Under the pieces are notes generated by a model, which saw only the letters and a program-made list of their open reading frames with translations, was not told where the DNA came from and ran no database searches. A DNA stretch of 64,000 nucleotides from Octopus sinensis (taxonomy: Eukaryota). This document shows positions 11,772-23,910 of this stretch, one piece after another; position 1 is the stretch's first letter; every line of letters begins with the position of its first letter. Where the stretch lies: NCBI RefSeq assembly GCF_006345805.1, contig NC_042997.1:24552001-24616000 (forward strand). Direction: 5' to 3'. The position numbers and the translations under genes were made by a program.

Positions 11772-11940
11772 GTTTCTTTATTGGCCCCACAGGGCTGCAC
11801 ACAGATGGGACAAGGTAGAGCTTTTCTTTTGGGGGATGAAAAAAAGGGGGTGGCGTACGTTTTCGATCAAGAGGGATCGTAAAAGGGAAGAAAAGAACAA
11901 CAACGAAAAAATAATAAAAAATAAAAAGAATAAAAAGATA
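11770..11940 (-). mobile_element. Putative LINE 3' UTR remnant embedded in (GATA)n
   Basis: Reverse complement ends TTGTCCCATCTGTGTGCAGCCCTGTGGGGCCAATAAAGAAAC then (TATC)n; similar to the family C unit tail. Clade not provable. Confidence 0.5.
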
Positions 11941-11954
11941 AAAAGATAGATAGG

Positions 11955-12098
<144 letters not shown>

Positions 12099-14211
12099 AA
12101 AATAGATAGATAGGTAGATAGATAGATACAAGATAGATAGTGAAAGAGAAAGAAAGTGAGAGAAAGAAGGAAAGACAGAAAGAAGGAAAGAAAGAAAGAA
12201 AGAAAGAAAGAAAGGAAAAATTTTGATAAAAATGATTCCTAAGCATAACCTTCATTGCTAATGCTTATGAAGATAAATTTAAATATCTCCTCATGGATAT
12301 TTTCTAACGAAGAAAATCGACAAATAATGTCAGTAAGAAGACAACAACGATAGCAGCAGTTTAGCTGCAACCACTTGTAAAACAACAACAGCAACAACAA
12401 ATAACAACAAAACAACATTGATATTAACTGCAAAAACCATCCACTTTACCCACAAATGAAATTATATAAATAACCGCTAAAACAACATTAAAATGTATTT
12501 AAAGAGTCGTAACAACAGCAACAATGACATAAACTGCAACGGAATATTTTAGCGGAAGATAGCTTCACCTAAAACAACAAGGACAGCCATTATACTAACA
12601 CCAGGACAATAAGAACAAAAATAGGGACAAAAATAAAGCACTCTTTAAAATAAGCAAAAGCGAATTTTACATTGCAGAGAACAATGCTTAATTTTCTTTA
12701 AACAGGGGTGGAGTAAGTAATTCTTGAATTGTATGGAAAAACAATAAAGAATGAAAGTGTTGTGTAATTTATTTTATTTAAGTCAAAAGTCATCTTTGAA
12801 TGAAGTTTCTTGGACGTGAGAAAAATAAACTTCAATAAATAAAACTACAAAATGATGTGGACATAAATAAATAATGGATTTACTTAAGGTAAAAATACAT
12901 TTTAAGTAAAAAAGAAACTTTTGTAATAGAAGATTATAAATATATAAAGAAAATAAAGTGAATACAATACGAAAGCGGTCTCATAAAAAAGACAAAACGA
13001 GAGAATTTGGAATCACATTTCGGAAAAGAAGAACATACTGTCTCCTAAAACGACAAATGTCTGCCTGTCGTAAATCAGACAAGGATAATAGGAGTTGTGC
13101 TTTATTATAGCTAATACTGCATTGCTACTCATGTTTCTTTTTATAATGAATAGTAGAGCTCTGAAATCACAGTTATCTTATTCAATATGATGTTGAACCA
13201 AGTGCAGAAGTTAAGTCTCTGTAAAATATCACTCCACGGTTTTAAAAAGGAGAAGGACACATTAGGCAGTGTAGTCCTAGGTAGACTACATATGGAATAA
13301 TGGTGGACTAGGAACTGCTGGAATGTCTTTGATAATATGTCTGACCAATCAGATTTGGTATTATGTTGAACAATAACAATGTTTTGAATACACTGCGTTT
13401 TAACCAGCACTTTAAAAACATCAACGTTAATGATAGGAGGAATGTCTGAAAAAAAATGCAAAGCGGAATTAGTACACGGCTCAATGGAGTCTAATTTTTG
13501 AATGACGTGTCCCACTTCCATGAATATGACCGTGATATAAATCTGAAAAGAAAATCTGTTTCAGTAATGCAAGATATGTACTAAGGCGTGCTAAAATGAA
13601 AATAAAATTGTTATAGGATGATGGAAAATGGTTTGAAATTATTTAAATAAGTAAATATTTGAAAGAGAAACGAATCATTTAAAAGGGGGACTCTAAAATA
13701 CGGAAAAATATGATACAATATCGAAGAAAGAAAAGAAGGCGATATAGAAACATGGGCTGACCACAAATACCCGAAAGTTTCGAGAAAGTAATACGTTCTG
13801 TGCGCCTCAATATAGAGTCTTTGTTTGAAGGAATTAACCATTCGCTGAAGATTCTTTGTTCACAGTTCAATAGTATATTTAAATTATGATATTTATCACA
13901 GTGTTATTAGGCATTCAATAACTGAACATACGATGTTTCAACATTAGAGCTTTGCATGAAAAAGTTGCAGCCATAAGTTTCATTGATATACAAAACACTA
14001 TTAAAATAGCTGACATAGACAAAATTACTAAAAAGCAAGAGCATACCTGGTCGTTTACTAGTAATTCTACTAATGCCCTGGGACTGAAGCACTTCAGATA
14101 ATTCATAAACGAGAAAGTAATGCAGATGCAAAAATAATACAGGTCTACTTATGATTCTCTCTTTATGGACACGAACTGTGTACCTAGAAGAAGACAGGGT
14201 AAATAATACTC

Positions 14212-14830
14212 AATATTCTTTTCTACTCTAGGCACAAGGGCCGACATTTTGGGAGAGAGGGCCAGTCGATTAGATCGACCTCAGTGTGTGACTGGTACTT
14301 AATTTATAGACCCCGAAAGGATGAAAGGCAAAATCGACCTCGGCGGAATTTGAACTCAGAACGTAGTGGCAGATGAAATACCTATTTCTTTACTAACCAC
14401 AAGGGGCTAAACACAGAGGGGACAAGCAAGGACAGACAAACGGATTAAGTCGATTATATCGACCCCAGTGCGTAACTGGTACTTATTTAATCGACTCCGA
14501 AAGGATGAAAAGCAAAGTCGACCTCGGCGGAATTTGAACTCAGAACGTAGCGGCAGACAAAATACCACTAAGCATTTCGCTCGGCGTGCGAACGTTTCCT
14601 ATTTCTTTATTGCCCACAAGGGGCTAAACATAGAGAGGACAAACAAGGACAGAAACACAGATTAAGTTGATTACATCGACCCCAGTGCATAACTGGTACT
14701 TAATTTATCGACCCCGAAAGGATGAAAGGCAAAGTCGACCTCGGCGGAATTTGAACTCACAACGTAACGCAGACGAAATACCGCTAACCATTTCGCCCGG
14801 CGTGCTAACGTTTCTGCCAGCTCGCCGCTT
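14212..14830 (-). mobile_element. Family C SINE, trimer
   Basis: Head plus three units plus terminal tail; TSD TAAATAATACTC at 14200-14211 and 14831-14842. Confidence 0.9.
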
Positions 14831-15240
14831 TAAATAATACTCTATATTGCTTCTACTCAAACACTTGCTTCCTCACATGGCTGCCGAATCGTAATGATGT
14901 TGAAGCAACTACTCAATCAAGCAAATATAGATAAGACATAGCAGGGTTTTGTGAAGGTTTTCGACACACATAACAAAAGAACAACAAATGATAAACTTTT
15001 TGACAACCGTATAATCAACTAGAGGACTGGAACTAGAAGACGAACTGTGTGATATTCTCAAGTCAGGGTGTTGCAGTCATCGGCACTCATATTGAATCGT
15101 TGTGTATTCAAAGCAACGTGATAAATTGAACTATCATGGGAATATTAGTGTTTGTGTTATCTCTATAAATATATCATCACAGTTATCAGCGTAACAATAA
15201 CCATAAGCCACCCTACTCATTTCAATATATATCACAGTTA

Positions 15241-15451
15241 GGGCAGCGAGCTGGCAGAATCGTTAGCCCGCTAGATAAAAAGCTTAGTGGCATTTTGTCC
15301 CTCTTTAGGTTCTGAGCTCAAATGCCACGCGGGTTTACTTTACCTTTCATCCTTTCAGGTTTGATAAAATAAGTACCAGTTATTTAAATAAGTACCAGTC
15401 AATTTAATTGACTTATCCTCTGGTCCAAAATTGCTGATCTTATGCCACAAT
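15241..15451 (+). mobile_element. Old family C-like SINE monomer
   Basis: GGCAGCGAGCTGGCAGAATCGTTAG head and CCTTTCATCCTTTCAGG...AATAAGTACCAG central domain. Confidence 0.7.
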
Positions 15452-15458
15452 TTGAAAG

Positions 15459-15499
<41 letters not shown>

Positions 15500-15537
15500 T
15501 ATGTAAATGTAATATGAGACAATTATTCGATAGCCAT

Positions 15538-15598
15538 GATAAAACACCGAGTTTCGGATTCCGAGGTGGAGATCCACGCCGCCATCTCTTCAGTTATC
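15538..15598 (-). ncRNA. Hammerhead-like motif (type I) in an (AT)n-flanked ~190-bp repeat
   Basis: GAUAA-CUGAAGA-[31 nt with GUGGA/UCCAC hairpin]-GAAAC-UCGGU-GUU-UUAUC. Stem I is perfect; stem II closure is imperfect. Confidence 0.45.
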
Positions 15599-16226
15599 CG
15601 GCCCTCGGAAAAACGCTATGAAAAAATTCCACTATTTACATAATATCGAGGTCTCTTTCTTTCTTTTGTTATTTTACCGTTTTTATCAATAATATATATA
15701 TAGTCTATTGACTAAATATTTACACGCTGGGTCACTAGTAATGGAAATTTCTAATATTCCTGATTATGCTTTGATATTATTAATAATTGATAAATTTTTC
15801 TGGGTAATTTTTGAATTGAAAAACCGGCATTTTTATTTACTGCCGACAAGAAGCTGCGCTTGCGCGGTAGATTTCAAAAATTAGAATGTCTAAGCACGGG
15901 GCATATACTGGATTGCCTCGTGTATATATATTTAATCTATGGTGTATCTGCTGAAGAAGACATCGCATAGCAAATTATTTTATTTGCTAAAAAAAGTCTG
16001 AAACTATTGGTCCAATAATCAGATGGTAAATGTTTTTAATTTTCGTTCCCTTCGAAATTATATCCCTAATAGTGGTTTGGAATTTAACTGTTCTCTCTAG
16101 CGGGCAAGGAGTCTATGATGGATGCTTCTTATGCGTTAAATGTACACTGTATATATATATATATATATATATATACAGTGTACATTTAAACGCATATATA
16201 TATATATATATATATAGATAGATATA

Positions 16227-16289
<63 letters not shown>

Positions 16290-16374
16290 CATACATACAG
16301 AAACACACACATATATATATATATACATATGTATGAACATGTATATGTACATATACGCTGGTAAATGAATAGAA

Positions 16375-16451
<77 letters not shown>

Positions 16452-16469
16452 ATATATATATACATTTAT

Positions 16470-17323
16470 ATATATATGCGCAAATACATCATAAATTTAT
16501 TATTAGCTCAAGAGAGTATTTACTGACGTGTGACATAGGACATACAGGTATTAGTTGTACAGCTATATCAAATATATATATATATATCTATATATATATA
16601 TATACATACATACATACAGAAACACACACATATATATATATATACATACATACATACAGAAACACACACATATATATATATATAGATATATATATATATA
16701 TGTATATATATATGTATGCATATATTTATATGAATATATGTGTCTATATATATATACAGATACACCACGCATACGTTCGTACATACACCACACACACACA
16801 CACACATACACACACTTCCAAGAACATTATATTCCACCAATATTTAGCATGCTTAAGACGGTACTAAATTCCATTATTGTTTCAGTTACTTAGGCAGGTG
16901 TTTGTTGCCAGTTGAAACTAGAAGGCTAGATAGTTCTTGACAAGACACTGTAATCTCCAGTTTCCACTATATTTCTATTGGTTTTTGTAGATTATCTAAC
17001 GCACATACACATAGAGAAATGCGCACGAAAACAAACAATTACATATCCGAGCAATTAAAGACCGTCACACAAGTACACACGTATATACAGACATTGACAC
17101 ACGTATATATATATATATATCACTCACACACAAATGCACGAACACACACACACACACACACCACACACACACACACACATACTCACAAACACACTCACAC
17201 ACAAAGACGCATATATATACATTTATATATATATGCGCAATACATCATAAATTTATTATTAGCTCAAGAGAGTATTACTGACGTGTGACATAGGACATAC
17301 AAGTATTAGATGTACAGCTATAT

Positions 17324-17340
<17 letters not shown>
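16470..17340. repeat. ~110-bp unique block duplicated at ~16470-16580 and ~17225-17340
   Basis: GCGCAA(A)TACATCATAAATTTATTATTAGCTCAAGAGAGTATT(T)ACTGACGTGTGACATAGG occurs twice, with indel-type differences. Confidence 0.85.
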
Positions 17341-17388
<48 letters not shown>

Positions 17389-17405
17389 GTATGTATATAT
17401 ATATG

Positions 17406-17480
<75 letters not shown>

Positions 17481-17787
17481 ATATATATATCCCTCCACAT
17501 TAATACACACAATTACAAACACAAACACACATACACACACACGCCTACGTATGAATGTATGTATGTCCCTTATACATACATACTAGAAATATGTATAGGC
17601 GTTTGCCAATATATACATATATACATGTATATAAAACTATATAACTATATGAAAATATGTGTGTTCCTATACATTGCGTTGCTTATATATACATATGTGT
17701 GTGTGTGTATATGTAATGTATGTATGTGTGTGTGAATGAGTGTATGTGCATGTGCGTGTGTGTGTATGGACATGCCTTTATCTACAT

Positions 17788-19928
17788 TTTTAGTAGTTTT
17801 GAGCAAGCGGCTGAGGCCATGCTGGTGCTGCACATTTAAATATGTTTGCGCCTCTTTTCTGTACCGTTTCTGGTGAAGTAGCTAGTTGGACGGAACTGCT
17901 ATTATCTTTTTTCTTCTTTGGCGATGTGGGTTCATATGATATCTCAGATACAAAACTATAAGTCCTCTTTATCTACATATGGTAAATCTCTAAGGTTGTT
18001 TCTCAAAATGTTGAATCGTCGTGGCCCCTGAAATTTAAGCTGTAACAGTTCTGAGGCCGTATCTGAGATGGAAAGGGCGGGACCCCTTTGGTATTATGCA
18101 GTGCCTCCACTCTGGCGCGTAGTATAGCTGTCAAGTCTAAATTCAAGTGTTAGACCGTCCAGGATCTTCTGTATGTATAACATTGCATATCTTTCACGCC
18201 TTCTTTCTATGGAGTAGAGCTTTAGTTCTTTTAATCTCTTCCAGTAGCTCATCTGTTTCACCGTGTCAATCGTCTTTGTGTAGTGGCGCTAGACTGCTTC
18301 TAGTTATGTCACCAGTGTGACGCTCTGCGGTAACCACACTCCAGAGTATTGATACAGACCGAATTTCACTATAAGTGTAGTATACTATCTTTCTTTCTGG
18401 TACTGAATGATCTCAGAATCCATCCAACTACTCGCTTGCGCAGTGTTACCATCTTGACGATATGCACATGTATTGTTGCATCATTAATCATGTGGTTCCC
18501 CAGGTCACCGACTTTGTCTCTGACAATGTACTGTCTCCTCGTCCTTTGTATTCCGATTGTTGTCTGTTTGAGGACTGATAGTGGAGTGCTCGAAACTTCT
18601 CAGCATTCAACATGTTATTTTCATTAGCCTATTTATATATTGCATTCAAGTTGTTTTGCAGTTTCAGTATGTCATCAGGATCCTTGACCGCCTGTGATAA
18701 ACAGCTGATGGGAGTAGCTGACTACATGGATTAGGGCATGTTTGAGAGAGTGCCACCACAAGCAGTGGCGGTACTATTTCGGTTTATCGAGCGTTTCTAC
18801 TGCAAATTGCTGCTTCCCCGGGCAGACCTCCAGTGTCTGCATCTACCTGACTTCTGTATTTTAAAAAGTCATGCAACCGCTTGCCTAGTTTTCTAGTGTT
18901 ACCAAGTCCACGATTAGCCAAAGGCCTTGGCAAAGTCGAGAAATATCGCATCCACATTTGAGTGTTGTTTGAGTACCCAGCTGTAGTAGCTGTGTAAAGT
19001 AGCTTCTCCCTGGACGGAAAGAAAACTGTGTAATCCTGAGCAAGTTATTTTCTTGCAGGAACATGATCGACGATGCGTTCTATGGTCTTGCTAACATAAC
19101 ATATGATGTCAAGGAGGTAGGCCTGCAATTTTTAGCATAAGTTCTGATTCCTTCTTCATGGGCATGTCAAATTCCACCTTCTTTTAAGAATTTACCAAAT
19201 GCAAGGAAGCTCTGAAAAAGTGGGTGCAGCTTTTTGGGAGGGCTTTCTAGAATGTCTTTAAAGTAACAGCCGGAAATCCATTGGGACCCGTTTGCTGAAT
19301 TTAAGTTCAGGTCGTCAATGGTCGATGTTACATCTTCCTCTTTTATGGCGATGTAATCCATGGTTGTCTCTTTCGCATGTAGATCTTGCTGAGTAGAAAA
19401 CCTCGAACTTATTTATTTGCATATTTCCCACAGGAGAGGTGAAGACACTTTGTAATTATTTATTTAGTACTACACTTATCCTCCTGTGATCTGTAATTTG
19501 TCTTCAACAAATAGTGACCCTATCGTATACTGCATCCATGCAGATATTTTTGCAAACTTGTAGAAGGCTTTAGATTCATTTTTATGTTTTCCACTTGCCT
19601 GGTTACTCTTTCTATCTCTTCCTTTTCATTGGAGAGTCTTGAGTTTATTTTCACTCTCTAAGAAGGATGTCTTTTCGAAGAGGGATGTCTTACTGTCATT
19701 AAGTTACTTTACTCTTACTCTTTTAATTGTTTCAGTCTTGTGACTGTGGCCATGCTGGAGCATCGCCTTTAGTCGAGCAAACCGACCCCAGGACTTATTC
19801 TCTGTAAGCCTAGTACTTATTCTATCGTTCTCTTTTGCCGAGCCGCTAAGTTACGGGGACATAAACACACCAGCATCGGTTGTCAAGCGATGTTGGGGGG
19901 GGGGGACAAACACAACACAACATAACAT

Positions 19929-19966
<38 letters not shown>

Positions 19967-20850
19967 ATATATATATATATATATATACATATATACGAGG
20001 CTTCTTTCAGTTTCCGTCTACCAAATCCACTCACAAGGCTTCGGTTTCCGTCTACCAAATCCACTCACAAGGCACTTGCCCAAGGTGCCACGCCATAAGT
20101 TGTGCATTTAATTAGTTAAAGATCTTTATTGATCTCATGAGGTCTCGGGGAATGATGGTTTCGTGTTTGATGGCTCTGTTCTCTGGGACAAATTGAATGC
20201 ATATAGCTTGCATTATTGTCTTGAATACTTCCAGTCATACTTGCATAGAGTATGGCAGCTATCTGTGTGGAATACATCATTAATTTTGACCCATACGTCA
20301 TTAGTTCTATCATCTTGTGATCTGAGAGGATTGTCAGTGATATCTTCAAAATGTGGATAGGTTTCACATTATTCGTGAAGCAGCGGTCTAACATGTTGTT
20401 ATTTCTGTTTGGAGACATTGTGGTTTGCACCAGGCACAGCATTTTTGTGAAATTCGGTTTGACTGCACTCTTTGCATGCCATTACTCATATTCTATCGCC
20501 TTCTTGCCATCTGAAGTTGGGGTAGCTTTTAAGTCACCCATTCAGAACTACATTAATGCATACATTTGTTAGTATTTTTATCATTGCAATGTTTTCATCA
20601 AATTTACCATCCTGATTTGAGGTGATATAATGTGCATATTATCACATCAGTTGCTTTAAATTCGCTATCAGTGTGTCACAGACCGAGCTTGAATGGGATA
20701 TAGTGTGACACCTTCAATACCGTGCAACGCAAATCCACAGTGGCTTCTTTCTGTTCCGCCACTTATATTTATCAGAATAATTGGTGCGATCGTCAGCTTT
20801 GTGGCATCGGCAGCCATCCTGGATATATTATTTCTAGTTGTCTTGTGTGT
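17788..20850 (-). mobile_element. Decayed CR1-like LINE ORF2 (APE endonuclease, RT, 3' UTR), interrupted by a family B SINE
   Basis: Minus strand: LDRCFTNN...ILSDH (SDH 20317-20325), DFAKAF (~18914-18937), GTVLPPLL-like, WANENNM, WKRLKELKLYSIERRRERY and GPRRFNIL. Many stops and frameshifts. Confidence 0.85.
19708..20093 (-). mobile_element. Family B SINE, headless, with 30-bp internal duplication
   Basis: Standard B tail; GTTTCCGTCTACCAAATCCACTCACAAGGC at 20010-20039 and 20044-20073. Confidence 0.88.
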
Positions 20851-20899
20851 GTGTGGGGGGGAGGTGCATGTTTTTTCTCATTCTTCGCAGTTATACTAG

Positions 20900-21385
20900 C
20901 TGCTGCACAAGCATGGGTTAAACAGATCCTACCTTGCACCCCAGTTACAGCAAATCATTGATTTACCCTTTTAATCCAAAGCTACCTGGCAGCTTTCTCT
21001 GCAGCTTCTCTGATGGAAATTATAGCCTTCTGCTTTGCTGCGCCAGTAACTCATAGCTAAATCATAGCTTTTCAGAACGACCCCCTCCTGACAATTATCC
21101 TAGTCCACATCCCACTTTTATTGCCTCTTAACGTGCCTGGTAGGCCGGACTTTTGCATTGCTCTTCCAGCTCCTGGTATTTAGTAAACATCTTCTCATGA
21201 ACTTCCACGATGTGTTCATCACAGGGCGCGAAACGTTCCCACATAATCACCTGGTTGGTGGAATTTGAGAACATCACTATGAATGGCTGGTGTGTTAAAG
21301 TAAAAAGGCATATCCGGGAACTTTTACCACTCCACGATCCACTCGCAACTACCAATCTAGGGTTGTGGAAAGTAGATATACATGA
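20900..21385 (-). mobile_element. 3' end of a restriction-like-endonuclease non-LTR element (HERO-like)
   Basis: QVIMWERFAPCDEHIVEVHEKMFTKYQELEEQC...IKVGCG...REAAEKAAR-LWIKR matches the ELTVPWEE...KY...EVGCRG...EAAE.ASRWLW pattern I recall for HERO RLE domains. Confidence 0.7.
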
Positions 21386-21444
21386 GAACACACACAACTA
21401 CACAACAGACACGCGCAAACACACACACTGAAACACGCGCGAAG

Positions 21445-21493
<49 letters not shown>

Positions 21494-21753
21494 AGGCACA
21501 CACACACACTCACAAACTTACATATGTATTGACGAACTGTTCAGTTTCTGTTTGCGAAATTTCATATTTTATTCGCAAGTGATTCGTCAAACCCAGTATT
21601 TGGTAACAAATATCAGCGTGAGGTCCTGCGCTGAGGAATTGAACCTGGATCGCTAGATTGCGCACTCAGTTTCTGAGTTACGCAGCTACCATCGAAACCG
21701 TCATGTGTGTGTATATATCTATACCTGTATGTGTTTGTGTGTGTGCTTGAATC

Positions 21754-21831
<78 letters not shown>

Positions 21832-22513
21832 ATTACATATATACATGCATATATTATATGCGTATATATACATACATATATGTGTGAACGGATGTATGTA
21901 TGCATGTATGCTTATAGGCTTGTAGTCTGTATGAATATGTTTGTGCTTGTGTGTGCATATCAAAATAACGAAATGATGTATATTAGTGAATTAGGTATGT
22001 ATATATGTACAGAAACACGTAAGAAAATAATGAGCAAGCACCTGGTTCAAAATAGCTTGTCATTTTTGAACTGGTCTCCCTATATTGTTCATGTCAGCCA
22101 GCCAAATACAGAATTGTCTGATATTTCTAGTTTTGCGTTTCTGCCGCCAACGAAACGACAGGCAACATCTGTAATCAGCTTTGGAAATTTTTTTTTTGTT
22201 TTTTTCTTTTACAGTATATATTCTGACAGACATTTCCTCGCTCAGATTAGGTATGAGATCGCAATATGGCAGCTACTGTGAAACATATTGTTAAACGTAA
22301 TGTACCAAACGCTCATACAAAAAGACCACACACATACACATATATAGAAGCATATCTATACATGCATAAATACCTTAAAATACATGCCCACACATTTTTG
22401 CACGTTATACATAGTATATATATATGTGTGTGTGTGTGTGCATGTGTATATAAATATATATATATACATGTATAAAGATGTATATACATACATATATATA
22501 TATATACAAATAC

Positions 22514-22545
<32 letters not shown>

Positions 22546-22552
22546 TATATAT

Positions 22553-22760
22553 CGCCATGTTGGTTCGCTAGCTTCTGCACGCATTTTCTTTCTCTCTTGT
22601 TTCTCTCTGTGTTTCTTTTCTGTGTATCTTTCTGTTGAAGAGCGTAGGCTCGAAACGTAAATGACTTGTTTTATTTATATTCCTGAGTGCCATACTAATA
22701 CAATTGTTTGTTTGCATTCCACCTGCCTTCGTCTTTTGTTTATTTTCATAAAGCTTCCCG
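22553..22760 (+). mobile_element. (AT)n-embedded ~210-bp repeat carrying a hammerhead motif (Penelope pLTR/retrozyme-like, family i)
   Basis: Homologous to 44430-44620 (+) and 55222-55398 (-). Confidence 0.7.
22627..22664 (+). ncRNA. Minimal type I hammerhead ribozyme motif, variant core
   Basis: UCUUU-CUGUUGA-A-GAGC(GUAG)GCUC-GAAAC-GUA-AAUGA; perfect stem II, palindromic ACGU stem III, 4/5 stem I. Confidence 0.65.
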
Positions 22761-23435
22761 TTATATATATATGTGGAATGTAAGAAGCAAAAAGCGAAAA
22801 TGCACATTGAATATCAAAAAATTAAAAGCTTTTTAATGAAAAGTAGCGATAAATAATTACAATTAGATGAACTGAGATAGAATGAAGAGGAATTAAATTC
22901 ATTATTTTGTTAATTGTTAAGGACATTCAAAGTCAAACCGGTATCGTCATTGCTGTTCACTGGCTTTGAATGGCAACTGATTGTCAAATGGTGTCGGGTC
23001 TATATAGCAAGTTAAAAGAGTGACCTGTTAGCAATTAGAACCTAAAGAAGAAATTAATCAGCCCCACTTGTAATTTGTTTTTTAGACTTTTACCGTTTGA
23101 ATATCAGCAGATATTTTCAACAATTTTTCTAATAAGATTGAGTAGGGAAGTTGAGTTAAGAGCTGCTGAATAGAATTAAGGTGGTCTACACCATAATCGT
23201 GATACGGCTATATACGCTAAGTACTTACCACCCTTTGTCAGGCATTAAGTATAATGCTTTAGCGGGTTTGGAGTTAACTTTTATTTTTTTTTGTGATATC
23301 ATATATATATAGGTAGGTATATATGTACTTATATGCATATATAAAGATATTTATGTATACATATATATATTATATATATATATTATATATATATATATAT
23401 AGATAAGAAAGTTGGTTTGTGAAAGCACGTGGTTG

Positions 23436-23856
23436 AATATATAGAAAATAGTAAAAAGTGAAAAAACTACAGAAGGCTTAAATGTTAAAAAATATATATT
23501 GCGTCAATATGTCTGAAGAATATTAAAAAAATTTTCTCTTATAATGACATAATTTTGAAGAAAGACCGGTTTCGCATTTAGCTTTTCAAATTTCTTACGA
23601 CGTTATGTTTATGTTGAATAGAGTTATCGTTATGTTTATGTTCAAGAACTCTTTGAACATAAACATAACGATAACTCTATTCAACATAAACATAACGTCG
23701 TAAGAAATTTGAAAAGCTAAATGCGAAACCGGTCTTTCTTCAAAACTATGTCATTATAAGAGAAAAATTTTTTTAATATCTTCAGACATATTGACGCAAA
23801 TATATATTTTTTAACATTTAAGCCTTCTGTAGTTTTTTCACCTTTTTACTATTTTC

Positions 23857-23864
<8 letters not shown>
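23436..23864. repeat. Near-perfect 429-bp palindrome (210/212-bp arms, 7-nt loop) flanked by (AT)n
   Basis: Arms 23436-23645 and 23653-23864 differ by one substitution and about four single-base indels; each arm holds a degenerate hammerhead layout. Confidence 0.95.
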
Positions 23865-23908
<44 letters not shown>

Positions 23909-23910
23909 TC

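Noticed and set aside
15950-15985. CTGAAGAAG as a hammerhead core
   Set aside because: No downstream GAAA and no stems.
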